Origin: Camelus ferus
Taxonomy: Eukaryota
Length of the DNA stretch: 64,000 nt
Direction of reading: 5' to 3'
Assembly: GCF_009834535.1 (NCBI RefSeq)
Contig: NC_045696.1
Coordinates: 10,790,001 to 10,854,000 of the forward strand
Shown here: positions 25,725 through 38,499 of the stretch, piece after piece
Numbering within the stretch: position 1 is the first letter of the stretch
How the letters are laid out: every line of letters starts with the position of its first letter
Notes under the pieces: generated by a model
Database searches by the model: none
What the model was told of the DNA's origin: nothing
What the model saw: only the letters and a program-made list of their open reading frames with translations
Position numbers and translations under genes: made by a program

Positions 25725-26130
25725 TGTACTAATTAGAATTAAGTTCAGCTGTAAGTTATAGAAAAAATATGAAATAACAGGAAACTAAATAAGATAGGGT
25801 ATTTCTGTTGCAAAATGAAGATGTCTAGAGGCAGACATTCTAGAGTAGAGTGATGCTTCACAGTGTCAGGGACATTTTCCTTCTTGTTACTCCACTTTGG
25901 ATGCCCCCTGAGTCATCCTATTGTCCCAAGATGGCTGCTAGAACTCTGGCCAACACAATCACATTCCAGTCATGAGGAAGGACAAAAGAGAAGGAGAAGA
26001 GCATGTTTGCTTTCTTCAAGGAAAGCTCCTAGAAACTTGCCACATCAGCTGGTGTCTCATTAGCCAGAAATTAGTCACATGGCCACATCAAACTACGAGA
26101 CAGGCTGGGAAATATAGTGTTCAGTGTTGG
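25725..26130 (-). mobile_element. MLT1 (older MaLR) LTR
   Basis: CCCAAGATGGCTGCT...CATTAGCCAGAAATTAGTCACATGGCCAC...GGCTGGGAAATATAGT. Confidence 0.7.
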
Positions 26131-26311
26131 CAGCCACGTGGCCTAGAAATCAGGGACCCCAGCACCACAGAACATTTTGGGGGATTTGAACTTATTCTTT
26201 TCACAAACCCATGTTTCCATTATTAACCTGCATTTCCTTTATAATAAGAAAAAGATGCATAAAACACTAAAAAACAAAAAGTCACTATCATCCCACTATC
26301 AAGACTTGGTA

Positions 26312-26435
26312 GGGGGGCAGAATATAGTTCAAGTGGTAGAGCACATGCTTAACATGCATGAGGTCCTGGGTTCAATCCCCAGCACCTCCTCTAAAAATAA
26401 ATAAATCTAATTACCACCCCCCCCGTCAAAAAAAC
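26312..26435 (+). mobile_element. Camelid tRNA-derived SINE (Vic-1-like), full length
   Basis: A box (TAGTTCAAGTGG), B box (GGTTCAATCC), tail CTAATTACCACCCC, A-tail; TSD-like AGACTTGGTA / AAACCTGGTA. Confidence 0.9.
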
Positions 26436-26439
26436 AAAC

Positions 26440-26890
26440 CTGGTACAAAAATGATAAGCATCATAGTATCTAATCCTGGAAAGATTTAGGGAAATGAATA
26501 CTTTTATTCCTTGCTGGTAGAAACATGAATTGTTCCAATCTTTCTGAAGGGCCATGTGATAATATACATGAAAAGCCTTAAAATGTGCATCTGCTCTGAC
26601 TTAGCAATTCCACTTCCAGGAATTTATTCTTTAAAGATTTATTCCAGAAGACATAAGAACATGCATAGAGAGTTACACAAGGATGTTTGTAGCAGTTTTA
26701 TTTCTATTAACAAAACCCTAAAAAACAATTGGAACTGTCTGTCCAATTATAGGGAAGTGATGGAAAGAATTAGGATGTTCTATACTATGGAATACTAGGC
26801 AACCTTGAAAACACAAGGTGTAAAAGCATATTTATGTTTACAATGTATTACCAACTGAAAGATTAGGCTACAAAACTGTAGGTTTACTAT
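26440..26890 (+). mobile_element. Old L1 (L1ME-like) fragment
   Basis: GACTTAGCAATTCCACTTCCAGGAATTTAT...TACTATGGAATACTA. Confidence 0.65.
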
Positions 26891-26904
26891 AACTTGATCA
26901 TCCT

Positions 26905-27345
26905 CAGTATTACTGCAAAACAAAACACCCCAGAACTCAGTGGCTTACCACACACAGTCACTCTTGGGCTCATGTGGGCAGGTTGTCTGAGGTTTGGCTG
27001 ATCTAGGCTGGGCTCTGCTGGGTGGCTCTTCTTCAGGCGGGGGCAGTAGGACGGGCTCCCAGCTGCAGGTTGGGTCAGGTGTATCCCCTTTGTCTCTCAT
27101 CTCTCCAGTACAGCAGCTCAGGGGCACCGTCTTAGCCTCACCCACAACCACATTTAAAGCCTCTGCTCATTTACAATCCACCAGCATTCCATGACCCAAG
27201 CAAGTCCGTGGCCAAGCCCATACCAATGAGCTGGAAAAACACTTGGTGCTGCCACGAGTGAGAGGAATGGCCAGGTGTCACGGCAAAGGGCATGGGTACG
27301 TGGACAGGGGAAGGAGTGCAAATGAGATTGCCATATTCCATCTCT
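26905..27345 (-). mobile_element. MLT1 LTR
   Basis: CCCCAGAACTCAGTGGCTTA...TTTAAAGCCTCTGCTCAT...GCAAAGGGCATGGGTAC. Confidence 0.7.
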
Positions 27346-28319
27346 GATGCTTTTAAAAATACATAATATGCAATATCCACCTCTCAGTTACCTGCTTATG
27401 AAAGAATCTTTTTCAGTAAGAAATGGGTTTTGCACTGAGTGACAGAAATCTTGACTACAGCTTAAAAAGGTAAGTGTTGATTTTTCTCATGGAACAAGAA
27501 GACCCAAGGCAGGTAGACCAGCAGCATCTTTGAGGAGGCAGGCTCTGCTGTCATCTTGACCAACCACCCTCAGCATGTGGCTTTCATCCTTACATCACAA
27601 GATGCCTGATGCCCTGCAGGCATGTGTGTCCTGCCCCCAAACCCTTGAATTTTTCAGAAGCATCAGTTTTGTTTACATAGATTAATATGGACTTTGTCTC
27701 TACCTTGGTGGACCAGAAAGAGCTGCTGAGAATTGCAGTTTTCCTTTTCTGTAAAGAAATACCAGGATTCTGGGATTAATAATAAGAACTGTTGGTTGAC
27801 ATGTTGCCTAGAGTCACCCAGCATTTTTACCCAAATCTGATGTCAATTTCTCGGACGAGATTACCCAGCCCACTTGCTTCCCCTTGGAGCCACAGCGGCA
27901 GTAGCTGCAATTTAATACTCTTGGTTGTCACAGGGCTTAGCCACAAGCAGTCCTTCCTTAGAAACAAAACAAAACAAAACAAAAGGACACTGCCAGTCTG
28001 TTTGCAATTTTATTCCTTGCTGGGAAGGGCCTAGCAAAATGCCTCTTATGGCATAGCTGGAAAAGGTGAGAAACCCACCAGAAGTGGGGAGGCCAAGGGG
28101 GTGCAGACACAATTAACTTTAGTGATTGGGGCTTTTAAGTTAAGGAAGCTGATTGCAGCAAGTGTCTCCTTGCCGAACTGCCAACTTATTAGAGATCCAC
28201 CAGGGACCCAGAGCGTGGGGAGGCCATCCCCAAGGCTGGAAACTCTCGCCTTGACTTGAATTTAGAATCAAGTTCAACCATTTTCTACCCCAATGAGAAT
28301 CATTATTCCCTAGTTTACT

Positions 28320-28478
28320 TTTTTAAATTTTATTTTTTCAAATATTTTTAAAATTTATTTTGGGGGGAGGGTAATTAGGGTTAACGATTTATTTATTTTT
28401 GAAATGGAGGTACTGGGGATTGAACCCAGGACCTCGTGCATGCTAAGCACATACTATCACTGACCTATACCCTACCCC
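28320..28478 (-). mobile_element. Camelid tRNA-derived SINE (Vic-1-like)
   Basis: GGAGGTACTGGGGATTGAACCCAGGACCTCGTGCATGCTAAGCA...CTATACCCT. Confidence 0.9.
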
Positions 28479-28482
28479 TTGC

Positions 28483-28680
28483 ATTTATTGAAGTATAGTT
28501 CATTTACAATGTTTCAGGTGTACAGCAAAGTGATATATATAACTGAGTCACTTTGCTGTACACCTGAAACATTGTAAATCAACAGTGTTAATATATATAT
28601 ATATATATATATATTCTTTTTCAGATCTTTTCCATTATAGGTTATTATAAGACATTGAATATAGTTCCCTGTGCTACACA
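28483..28680 (-). mobile_element. L1 3' tail containing a fold-back inversion
   Basis: TTTATTGAAGTATAGTT...CCATTATAGGTTATTATAAGACATTGAATATAGTTCCCTGTGCTA. Confidence 0.85.
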
Positions 28681-28944
28681 GCCCTGCTTACTTTTTAAAA
28701 GAAAGTTTAAGACAACCAAGACCCAAAAGTCATAGGATCGAGACTTCACAGTTTATTTTGTATGTTTAGAATGAATCTAAGAGGGGAAAGGGCTGTTTTC
28801 ATTTTCTGTTACTTGATTAATGTTAAGAGCCCAAACTCCTGGAATACACTTCTCTCTCTTACTCTCTCTTTCGGCCTCTTTCTTTCTTCTGTGCTGACAG
28901 TACTCCTTGATAATGTCAGATGCCCACATCTTAAGTCTACTGCT

Positions 28945-31190
28945 CTTTGAATTTTGACAAATGTGAACCCATATAACTATCACCCAGTGCAAGATAGAGC
29001 ACCTTTCCATCATTCCAGAAAATTCCCCAGTGCCTCTTTCCAATCACTCAGCCCTATTCTGACTTCTATCACCGTAAATCAGTTTTGCCTGTTCTTGAAC
29101 TTTGTATTAATAGAATCATAGAGTTAGTATTCTTTAGTGTTTGACTTCTTGTGCTCAATATAAGGTTTTTCAGATTCATCCATTGCTTGTTGCCCGTATC
29201 AGGAGTTTGTTCCTTTTGACTGATGAGTAGTATTCCATTATAAAAATATACTGTAATTTATTTATCTATTTTCTTGTTGATGTTCCCAGCTATTATGAAT
29301 AACACTATCGTGAACTTTCTTGGACACATCTTTTTGTGGAATATATGTTTATGTCTCTTGGGTATATACCCAAAAGTGGATTTTCTGGCTTATAAATTAG
29401 ATGCATGTTTAACTAAAATTATACTATTTTATATTTTCACCAACAGTGTATCATTGTCAACACTTGATATTGTCAGTCTTATAATTTTAGACATTCGGAT
29501 AAGTGTGTTGTGGTATCTCATTTTGGTTTTGGTTTGTATTCCCCTGTTGCCTAATGACATTGAACACCTTTTCATCTATTTCTTGGCTATTCAGGTGTCT
29601 TCCTTTGAAAGTGCTTTTTAAAGATTTTTGTCCATTTTTTACGAATTGGGTTTTTTATTATTGCTTGGTGGGAATTCTTTATATATTCCAGAAGTCTTTT
29701 TCAGATATATATTTCTTAAATATTTCCTCCCAATCTAAAGCTTGACTTTTCATTTTCTTAATGATATTTCTTTTGATGAGAAGTATTTAATTTTGATAAA
29801 GTCTAGTGTGTGAATGTTTGCTTTTATTGGTAGTACTTTGGGTGACTTCTTAAATAAATCTTTGCCTGCCCAAATAGTGAAGATATTCACCTATGTTTTT
29901 AAAATTTCCGCTTCAAACTAATTTATACATGTAGTGTGAGGTAGGAGTCAAAGTTAATTTTTTTCCACTGCCGATAACAGTTTTTCCATCATTTTCCCTT
30001 GACATTTACTGACATGTGATTTATTTGCCTTTCCACAATAAATTGCTTTGGCGTTTTTGTCAAAAATCAATTGACCATGTGTCTATGTGTTGCCCAATTA
30101 TCACTGTGGATCTGTTTCTGTACTCTTTACCCTGTTCCACTGATCTATTTTTTATCCTTACACCTATAGTACACTGTCTTGATTACTATAGATTTTTAGT
30201 AAGTCTTAAAATCAGCTGTCATAACTCCTCCAACTTTGTTCTTTTTTTCATAGTTGCTTTGGGTATTTTAGATCCTTTGCATAATTTTTAGAACTAGCCT
30301 ATTCATTTCTACAAAAATCCCTGCTGGGGATTACATATACTCTATTGATAAATTTGAGTAAAGCTGACAACTTAACATATTAGATCTTCCAGTGTGTGAA
30401 CATAGTATATCTCCCCATTTATTTAAGATGTCTCTAATTTGTCTCAGCAATATTTTATAAATTTCTGTGTAGAGGTCTTGCACATCTTTCATTAAGCTGA
30501 AATTTATTTCTAGTATTTGACTCTTGGGTTACTTTAAGTAGTGCATTTTAATTTTATTTTCCCACCCTTTGTTGCCTGTATAGAGAATACAATTTAATCT
30601 TTACACATTGACCTTGTATCCTGCAACTTTACTAAATTCACTAAAAAAATTCTAGCACTTTATAGATTCCTTTGGGTATTTCATGTACGCAATGATGTCA
30701 ACTGTGAATAAAGATAGTTTTACTTCTTTCTTCCTGCTCTTTATGCCTTTTATTTCTTGCTCTTACCTTATTGCACTGGCTTGGTCTTCTACTGCACCAT
30801 AGAATAGAAGTGTTGAGGGTGAACATCCTTGCCTTGAGTGTAGAGGAAAATCATCCAACATTTCACCATTAAGTATGATGTTAGCTCTAAGTGTTCAATA
30901 GATACTGCTTATTAGAGAGAGGAAGTTTCCTTGATTTTCTGTTTTGCTGAGAGCTTTTTGTGTTTATTGTTGTTTTAACTTTTTTTCTTATATACTGGAT
31001 GGGTGTTAGAAGTCATCAAATGTTTCCTTTGCATTTATTAGTATGGTCATAAGGTTTTTTTCTTCTTTATGACATTGATTTTTGAATGCTCAACAAACAT
31101 TCCATATCTTAGATAAACCTCACTTTGTCAGAGTATATTCTTCTTTTTATACATTGCTGTATTCTATTCGCTAATATTTTGTTTATGATT
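28945..31190 (-). mobile_element. Old L1M fragment (ORF2 part + 3'UTR), about 2.2 kb
   Basis: Antisense L1 text throughout; ORF 31109..31312 contains KIINKILANRIQQCIKR (L1 ORF2). Confidence 0.85.
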
Positions 31191-33544
31191 TTGGTTGATT
31201 TCATGAATTGTTCTAATCTGAACAATAAACTGTCTGCATTCTGTCCAAATGAGGGTTTCCGCATTCCCAGCTCCACAGCTGTGTTGTTGCCAAACAAGCC
31301 TTCAGGAATCACTGACTTTTTAAAAATGTCTTATTTTTATTTTTCTGTGTAAAAATTTTAGAAGTAAAACTAAATGGAATTTATCACAGCACAAATACAA
31401 ATGTGTAGATTGTAGACACTGTGTGTGAAATTGGAATCATAAAAGCTACAACAAAAACCAATTCTATTTCTGTGAATGTAAGAATGCTCTTTAAAAAGTT
31501 ATTAATTTTTTAAGAAAAGAGAGAAATGTCAAAAACAAACAGAAAAACAATTCTATTTGCCGTAGAAAAGTAAGAATAAAACGAAATCCTATAATTGCTG
31601 TAACTGAGTGAATATCAAGGAACATGGCTCTCTATTTTTTGCAGTGATGCTTGTCTTCATCAATTTGTTATCAATGCAAAAATCCTAAAATGAACATATT
31701 TATCCTGGGATTAAGAACTGGCCTTTTATAACTCAGGGAGCAAAATTATCTATGAAATGTGTAATATGAGCTTGAGGAGAGGAGGAAAGACGAATCCCTG
31801 CCCCACATCACCGGCATCTCATCACCCAAATTCCATCCCAACTCCAGCCCCACCCAAGTCCTTTGGTCTCCGAATTAGCACTGTGATCTGCTGTGTGCAA
31901 GGGTGGACCCAACACAGGCTTTCTTTCTGCACTTAAGTGGGGTCCCACGTCCCATGTCCCATGACTGGGGACCCCAGCTGCACCAGGCCCTAACAACCAT
32001 CCCTTTAGAGTCTCTTTTCCCGCATGCCCTTCCCCTCGGTTTGCCTGAAGAAGAAAATTGGGTGAAGGTCCCTTCTCACTCAGTCCCAAAGTAACCCCCC
32101 TCTAACTTTTCCAAACTTTCTGTCAGAGCAGGGGATGCTGGGATGGGATGACTTGTTTCTGCAGCCTAAAACCTCTTCTCTCCTCTGGCCTGGCCTGGAG
32201 TGGAATCTGCTCTCAGGTAACCTATGTCCAAAGCCCATTGCCCCAGACCAATCCAGCCGAGTCCTCTTGCATGCTTGCCTGTGGGCTCTGTGAGGCTCTG
32301 GTCTCAGTGACCAGTCCCCATTGCTGGTTCCAACAGCCTTTCCTGACCATTGATTCTGAGATATTCCTGATTCCTTCCAGTAAACCACCCCTACCACACA
32401 CAACCCTTTAGTCTTCCTTACAGTCCTTGAGCTGGTTGCAGGCACTTGTAACCAAAATACCTTGACTGGGTCAGGGGAAACCAACATGTGTAAAAGTGAG
32501 GGAAACAGAAGCATCACAAGTGCCCTGCATGAAACAAGGCTTAGCAAAGCCATGCAGGAGGACATACCAAGTTAAACATGAGAGGACAAGTCAAGACCTT
32601 GTGGACAAGGTGACACAACCATCTGTGCAGGGGCAAGAAAACATCTTCAGCATGGAGAGCTGGAGGAGGGCACCCTTGAAAACAATTTCAAACCACGGGG
32701 TGTCAAATACTCCTGCCTTCTGTCCACCTCTAGCGCCTTCTACACCCCCACTCCCTCAGGGGGAAAATGTATCCCTATCCTCATCCCAATCCCAACCTCA
32801 GCACCATCTCCCTTCTCAGCCCATCTCCTCCTCCATCTTTCAATGATGCTTGAATGGCAGCATGACGAGAGATGTGTTTCCTGGTGAACTGGGGCAACAG
32901 TAACCAAATAGCAAAGTCCAGGGCACAGTCTTTCCAAATGCAGAGTAAAGAGAGGTTTGCTGGAAAATACCCTTCGTTTTTATGGGTGAGTTGTACTCCA
33001 TTACATATATATACAATGCATCTTCTTTATCCATTCATCTATTGATATGCCCTTAGGATGCTTCCAAACCCTGGCAGTTATAAATAATGTTGCTGTTAAT
33101 AGCAGGATGTATGTATCTTTTTGACTTAATTCTTGTTTTGTGGTTGGCTTTATTCCTTTGATAACTATGTAAGCTTAAAAAGCTAAAGCTCTAAATGTTC
33201 TTAGAAGCAATGAACAGCATATATATATGTAAATTTTTAAAATATGCATATATTGTGTATATGTATTTACATGCAATATATTGTACAAGTGCAGTCAAAT
33301 TGTAACAATTCTACCTAATAAAATTGAAAACAGAAAAAAAAAAAAGAGGTTTGCTGATCACCCAAGGCTTGTTCCAGCCCACATGGGTGCAAAGGCCAGG
33401 AGGCTCCACCAACTCCAGTTTTCACATCCGGTTATCACTATAGCTCCCTCCATTCAGTTCCATGCCAGGCAGAGTCTTAGATACCAGTGACCCATCCATG
33501 AACCAGACAAGGGTCCCTGTCCTCCAGGAGTTCATGGTCTATTT

Positions 33545-33775
33545 ACTGAGCATCTATGGTAAGTTAAGCACTCTTCTAAGTACTTCATATGCACTCACTT
33601 ATTCAATCCTCAGAGCAACTCTATGGGGTATGTCCTGTAATAAGTGGCACTGTACAGTTGATAAAATGAGGCTCAGAGACTTGAGGAAACTGGACCAAGG
33701 GTGCACAGCCAGTGAGTGGCCGAGGTGGGACTGAGCAGGCAGCCTGGCTCCAGAGTCCAAGGTCTTGACTTCCAT
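33545..33775 (-). mobile_element. MIR (within L2 remnants)
   Basis: AAAATGAGGCTCAGAGACTTGAGGAAACTGGACCAAGG...GCAGCCTGGCTCCAGAG. Confidence 0.75.
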
Positions 33776-34389
33776 CCAGGTGGAAGTATCAGTCAAGGCT
33801 TATTCGCCCCCTCCCACACATGCACCTATTATTAAACTGGAAACGCTTCTAGTCACTGAGATACAATGAGAAAAGAACCCTTGGTCTACGGAGAGATGCA
33901 GCCATGTTTGGTCTTGACAAAGGGAGCTCTAAAGAAGGAGCCGTTCATGCCACAGGATGTGGGTTCAAAGGGACAGGCATTCTAGAGAGGAAGTCTCCAA
34001 GACTGGCCGAGAGAGGAGAAAGAGCAGGAGACCTGGGGGCAGACGGGCGGTCTAACGAGGCCCTGAGACCAATCTCTTGTGGTGATGGAGATGGTGGAGA
34101 GGCGGGGAGAGGGGGGATGAAGAGAAGTCGGTGGGAAGTGAGTGGGAGGGAGTGTCAGGATGTCCTGTGCCTAGCCCGAGACTGTCACCTCAGAGAAAAG
34201 AAGGGAGAAAGGAAGGGAAGGAGGGAGGAAGGGAAGGAAGAAGAGGCTTAAAAACCAAGGTGGGACAGATTATGAAAGACTTGCAGTGTAGTAGTAAAGA
34301 GTTTGGGCTTTCTGTTGTCAAAGGGGAGTTGTTGATGGTTTAATCAGGGAGGTGATAAGCAGTACTCAACCAAATCTGCTCTTCTGTAT

Positions 34390-34556
34390 TAGATAGATAG
34401 ATAAACAGATAGATACAGATAGCTAGATAGATAAATTGATAGATGATATAGATTAATAATAGATGACTAATAGATGGATGATTGATAGATAATAAATTAA
34501 TAGATACATAGATAGATGATTGGCGATGGATAGACAATGGATAGGTGAGAGAGAGA
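34390..34556. repeat. Degenerate (GATA)n tract
   Basis: Directly visible. Confidence 0.85.
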
Positions 34557-36263
34557 AAGGCGGAGGTAGACAAAGATGGAGGAGGAGATGGGATGAGAAA
34601 GGAGATGGTGCTGAGGTTGGAACAAGGATGACGGTAAGGATGTATTTTTCCCCTGGGGGACTGGGAGTGTAGAAGGCACTAGGGGTGTACAGAAGGCAGG
34701 ATTATTTGTTAGATTTCTCCTCCTCTCACTGTCCTGCAAACGCGTCAAGTCCAAGAGTCCCTAGTGCTCCTGGCTGACACAGCACAGGCTGGTGACTGGG
34801 GGACGGACAATTCTGGAGGCTGTGCTGGCCTAAAAGAATAGCCGCTTCCCAACACCTAGGCTTCAGATCACCCACCAGACCCGCTGAGAACGTAGCCACT
34901 AATCACTGCTGGAAAAGCCCCTCCCTGAAATGCGGGGCTTTGTTTTCGTGTTTTGCCCTCAGCAGCCTTGTCCACATTGGCCTCAGTCTCCAGCCCTTAT
35001 TGTGACTTCCTGTTGGGTCTAACTGTTACCAGGAGGGGACAAATCCGCAGGTAGCTGCCACCTTGCCTGCAATGGCAGCCTGGCAAAGCCAGGCTCCTGC
35101 TGCAAGGGGCCAAGCCACCCTGGGAGGAAAATGACCAAGGTCAATGTTTGGGACGCCGCGTCTGCAGCCAGGCATTTGCCAATTCTCCTCCTGTGGTCAT
35201 TGTTACTTTCCACTGACCAGCTGCCTGCAGGCTCCAGGCAAAGACAGAATGGGTAACACAGCCGCCATTCAGGGGGAGATTAATGCCTGAAATGAGCCAC
35301 ACCTCTGAACAATTGCTTCCTAGAAGAAGGACAGCGCTGAATGGCCAGGGAGCCCCATTGACGACTGTTAGAAAAGAGGTGAAGCCCTGCGTCGTCGGAG
35401 GAAAGAAAAGTTTCACACCGCCGCTCAAACCTAGCTCCCGGTTCCTCCTTCTCCCCCTTCTTTTCCCTTCTGACTGCCCATTTGGCCCACGTTGCCCTAA
35501 TCCAGACTCGTTCTTTTATGTACGGGGACTTGGGCAGCCAGCTTAAAATGCGCGGATTTGCTACTGTAAGTCATATCACTGCGGCTGCGCGCCGATCGCA
35601 TTAGCACTGTTATCTGCGCAACTTTCCGACTTGACAATTAGGTACTATCATTCATACTGTGCAATCAGCTGTTAAATCCTCATTTATGCTAATTTGAATA
35701 TGAATGTGCTGTTCAATAACATGTTAGATTGCCATGTTTACAAATATACTCCAGGTATTTAGAAATTTAGATGATGCGAAACATACTGTTTAAGCTGCGC
35801 TCAGTGCCAGTTTAAATAACTTAAGCCTATTTATCAGTCACTTAGCAATTCTTTTCACATACTTCTGTTTTCCTGGGTCCTACCCTTCTCAACCAAAGCT
35901 AAAATATGCTCTTTTTTTGTTTGTTCTCTTTGTTGCTGTATTAAACTAATAATCTTCAAGATGGGACATAATTAGCAGTCACCTCTACGTGGGTCTTCCT
36001 TTCTAATTCCTGCTGAACTAACTCCTGCCGATCGAACTCCTGCCTCTTTTATCAGCAGATGAAACAGTCAATGGGAAAAAGAAGAAGAAGAAAAAAAAAA
36101 CAAAAAACAAAACTCTGCAGCTGCAGTGTTAAATATGAAGTCTCTGAAAGTAAATGATTTGTATGTAGCACAAAGAGGAGAGAAGAGCAAATATTTGAAT
36201 GAAAGTAGAAACAGCGAAATATACCAGATCGTAAATTCCTGGAAGGGAAGCAATATATACTAA

Positions 36264-36400
36264 GGGCAGGGTTTCTCAAATCTTGATGTGCATTTGAGTC
36301 ACCCGGGGATTCCCTAAGACTTGCAGATACCGATTCAGTAAGTAGAGCGAGGGCTAAAATATCTAACCATCTCCCGTGTTACTGGGCAGTAAGACTCTAA
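36264..36400. mobile_element. MER5-type hAT-Charlie MITE
   Basis: CAGGGTTTCTCAAA...TGCATTTGAGTCACCCGGGGA...GATTCAGTAAG. Confidence 0.65.
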
Positions 36401-36482
36401 AATACAAATCATACATCCACCTTCGACTAATATATTTACAATAAGGACACACATCTCTGGTGGGAGATTCAAAGACCAAGCT

Positions 36483-37030
36483 TGACAATTCCCCTTCTGG
36501 GTATATATCCAAAAGAACTGAAAGCAGAGTCTTGAGGAAATATTTATACACTCATGTTTATAGCAGTGTTATTCACAATAGCTGAGACGTGGAAGCAACC
36601 CAAGTGTTCATCCATGGATGACTTGATAAACAGAATGTGATATATAAATATAATGGAATGTTAACCTTAAAAAGGAAGGAAATTTTGACACAGGCTACAA
36701 GATGAATGAGCCTTGAGGACGTTATGCTAAGTGAAATAAGCCAGACACAAAAGAACACATATTGTCTGATTCCACTTACATGAAGTATCTAGAATAGTCA
36801 AATTCATAGAAACAGAAAGAAGAATGGTGGTCGCCAGGGGCTGGAGGGAGGAGGAAATGGAGGAGGGGCGGTGTTTAATGGATATAGAGTTTCAGTTTTG
36901 CAAAATAGCAAAGTTCTGGAGATTAGTTGTAGACAAATGTGAGTAGACTCAACACTACTGAACTATGCACTTAAAAATGGTTAAGATGGTAAATTTTAAA
37001 TTATGTGCATTTTACCACAATTTTAAAAAT
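36483..37030 (+). mobile_element. L1MB-like 3' end
   Basis: CTTCTGGGTATATATCCAAAAGAACTGAAAGCAG...CACTTAAAAATGGTTAAGATGG. Confidence 0.9.
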
Positions 37031-37344
37031 GTTTTTAATAAATTGGGGGGAAAATTTTGGTTTCAGAGACATTTAAAAACATTTTTTTTCTACCAAGAAA
37101 GCTGTGTTTCAGCTGACTCTTATTCTTCAATGAGCTGGACACTGTCACCAGCCCTGAGACCAGCTGGGAAAGAATTAATCAGTTTTCTCCCGTACTTCTA
37201 TGTCCTTTGATCAAAACTCTGTTTCATTAACTACTGCATCCTGATCAATGTTCAGGCTCTGTGTGTGTCTCCACCTCACTCCCTGGGTGTGAGGTTTTCA
37301 AGGCAATGTTTTGCCCTATAGTTACGTCACAGGCACTGCTGGAG

Positions 37345-37885
37345 ACCTAACCCTCAGGCACTTCTTCCTTCCCCATTCCTGACATAATCCTGATTTGATT
37401 CATGTGTCTCCCCTTAACCCCTTGGTCCATGTGCTTCAGAGGGGACTGGGCCCCTCGGGTGTGGGCCAGAAGGAGTCCAGGCTGATCAAGATGGCGCCCT
37501 TCTCCTCATCAATGACTTGTTCCAACATAGTCATGGGGGAATTTTGTGGTCAATGAGACATGAGGGGTTCTGCTGAGGAGTACTGGGGAAGGGTTTCCTT
37601 GCTCTTAAAAGGAGACACCAGGAAAAGATTATCCCACTGCTTAGGAGGGATGTTGTCTGTCTGGACGAGATATAGGAAGTGAAAGCCACCATCTTGACAC
37701 CAGTCTGAAGATTAAGCCATCATGAGAAAGGGGTGGATCCACAGGAATCCAGAAAGACAGCATCAGAGCTGGGGCCACCCTGCCTTTGGATCTGTCACTG
37801 CATAAAATCATAGAGTGCTTCGTGGTTTAAGCTGATTGAGTAGAAGTCTTCTGTCTCTTGCAACCAAAACCACCTTAACCAATAC
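37345..37885 (+). mobile_element. MLT1K/L-like LTR
   Basis: GGTCAATGAGACATGAGGGG...GGGAAGGGTTTCCTTGCTCTTAAAA...GCCACCATCTTG...TTTAAGC...TTGCAACCAAAA. Confidence 0.65.
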
Positions 37886-38499
37886 CAGTAACTTGCAGAC
37901 TGGAGATACTCTGAAATTTGCTGGATACATTAAAGTAGGAAGACTGGGCTGGTTCACTACCTTCGAGGAGGACTCAGGCATCACGATTGTCCCCAGTGCT
38001 GAGCAACCTCATATTTGGAAAGATTTTTCCAACTAGAAAGATAACACAATGTTTTTGTTTGTTTACTTACTTGTTTTATTGAAGGATTCTACATGGGCTA
38101 TTTTTCCTAGAAAGTGTTTTGAATGTCTTTTAATTTTACATATTGACAGACTGTATCTTATAAGAGAAAAGTTCGAGAATAGGTCATCTTAATGACTAAT
38201 GCTTATTGAATACTTACCATATGCCAGGCATTACACTTTGTTAATCTTCACAACAGCCCTTGGATTGATACTGTTCTCACCCTCCTTTTACAAATAAATA
38301 AATGGAAGCACAGAAAATTTAATTCCCTTGTCCAAGACCAGCAGCTGGGATTCGAATCTGACTCGTTGGCTCCAACCATTATGCTCTACAGCTATACTTT
38401 GGTTGGGTGCACGTGGCATTCGTCAGCTCAGATAACTGCCATCCATTCCATAAAGGGTGATCAGAAAAATCTCAAAACTATTCAGGTCTCCTTAAGACT

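Noticed and set aside
26312..26390. tRNA gene
   Set aside because: The A/B boxes belong to a SINE head with an AT-rich tail and TSD, and there are related copies in the window.
35329..35342. REST/RE1 site (GGACAGCGCTGAA)
   Set aside because: Half-sites overlap in a non-canonical arrangement; no full 21 bp RE1.
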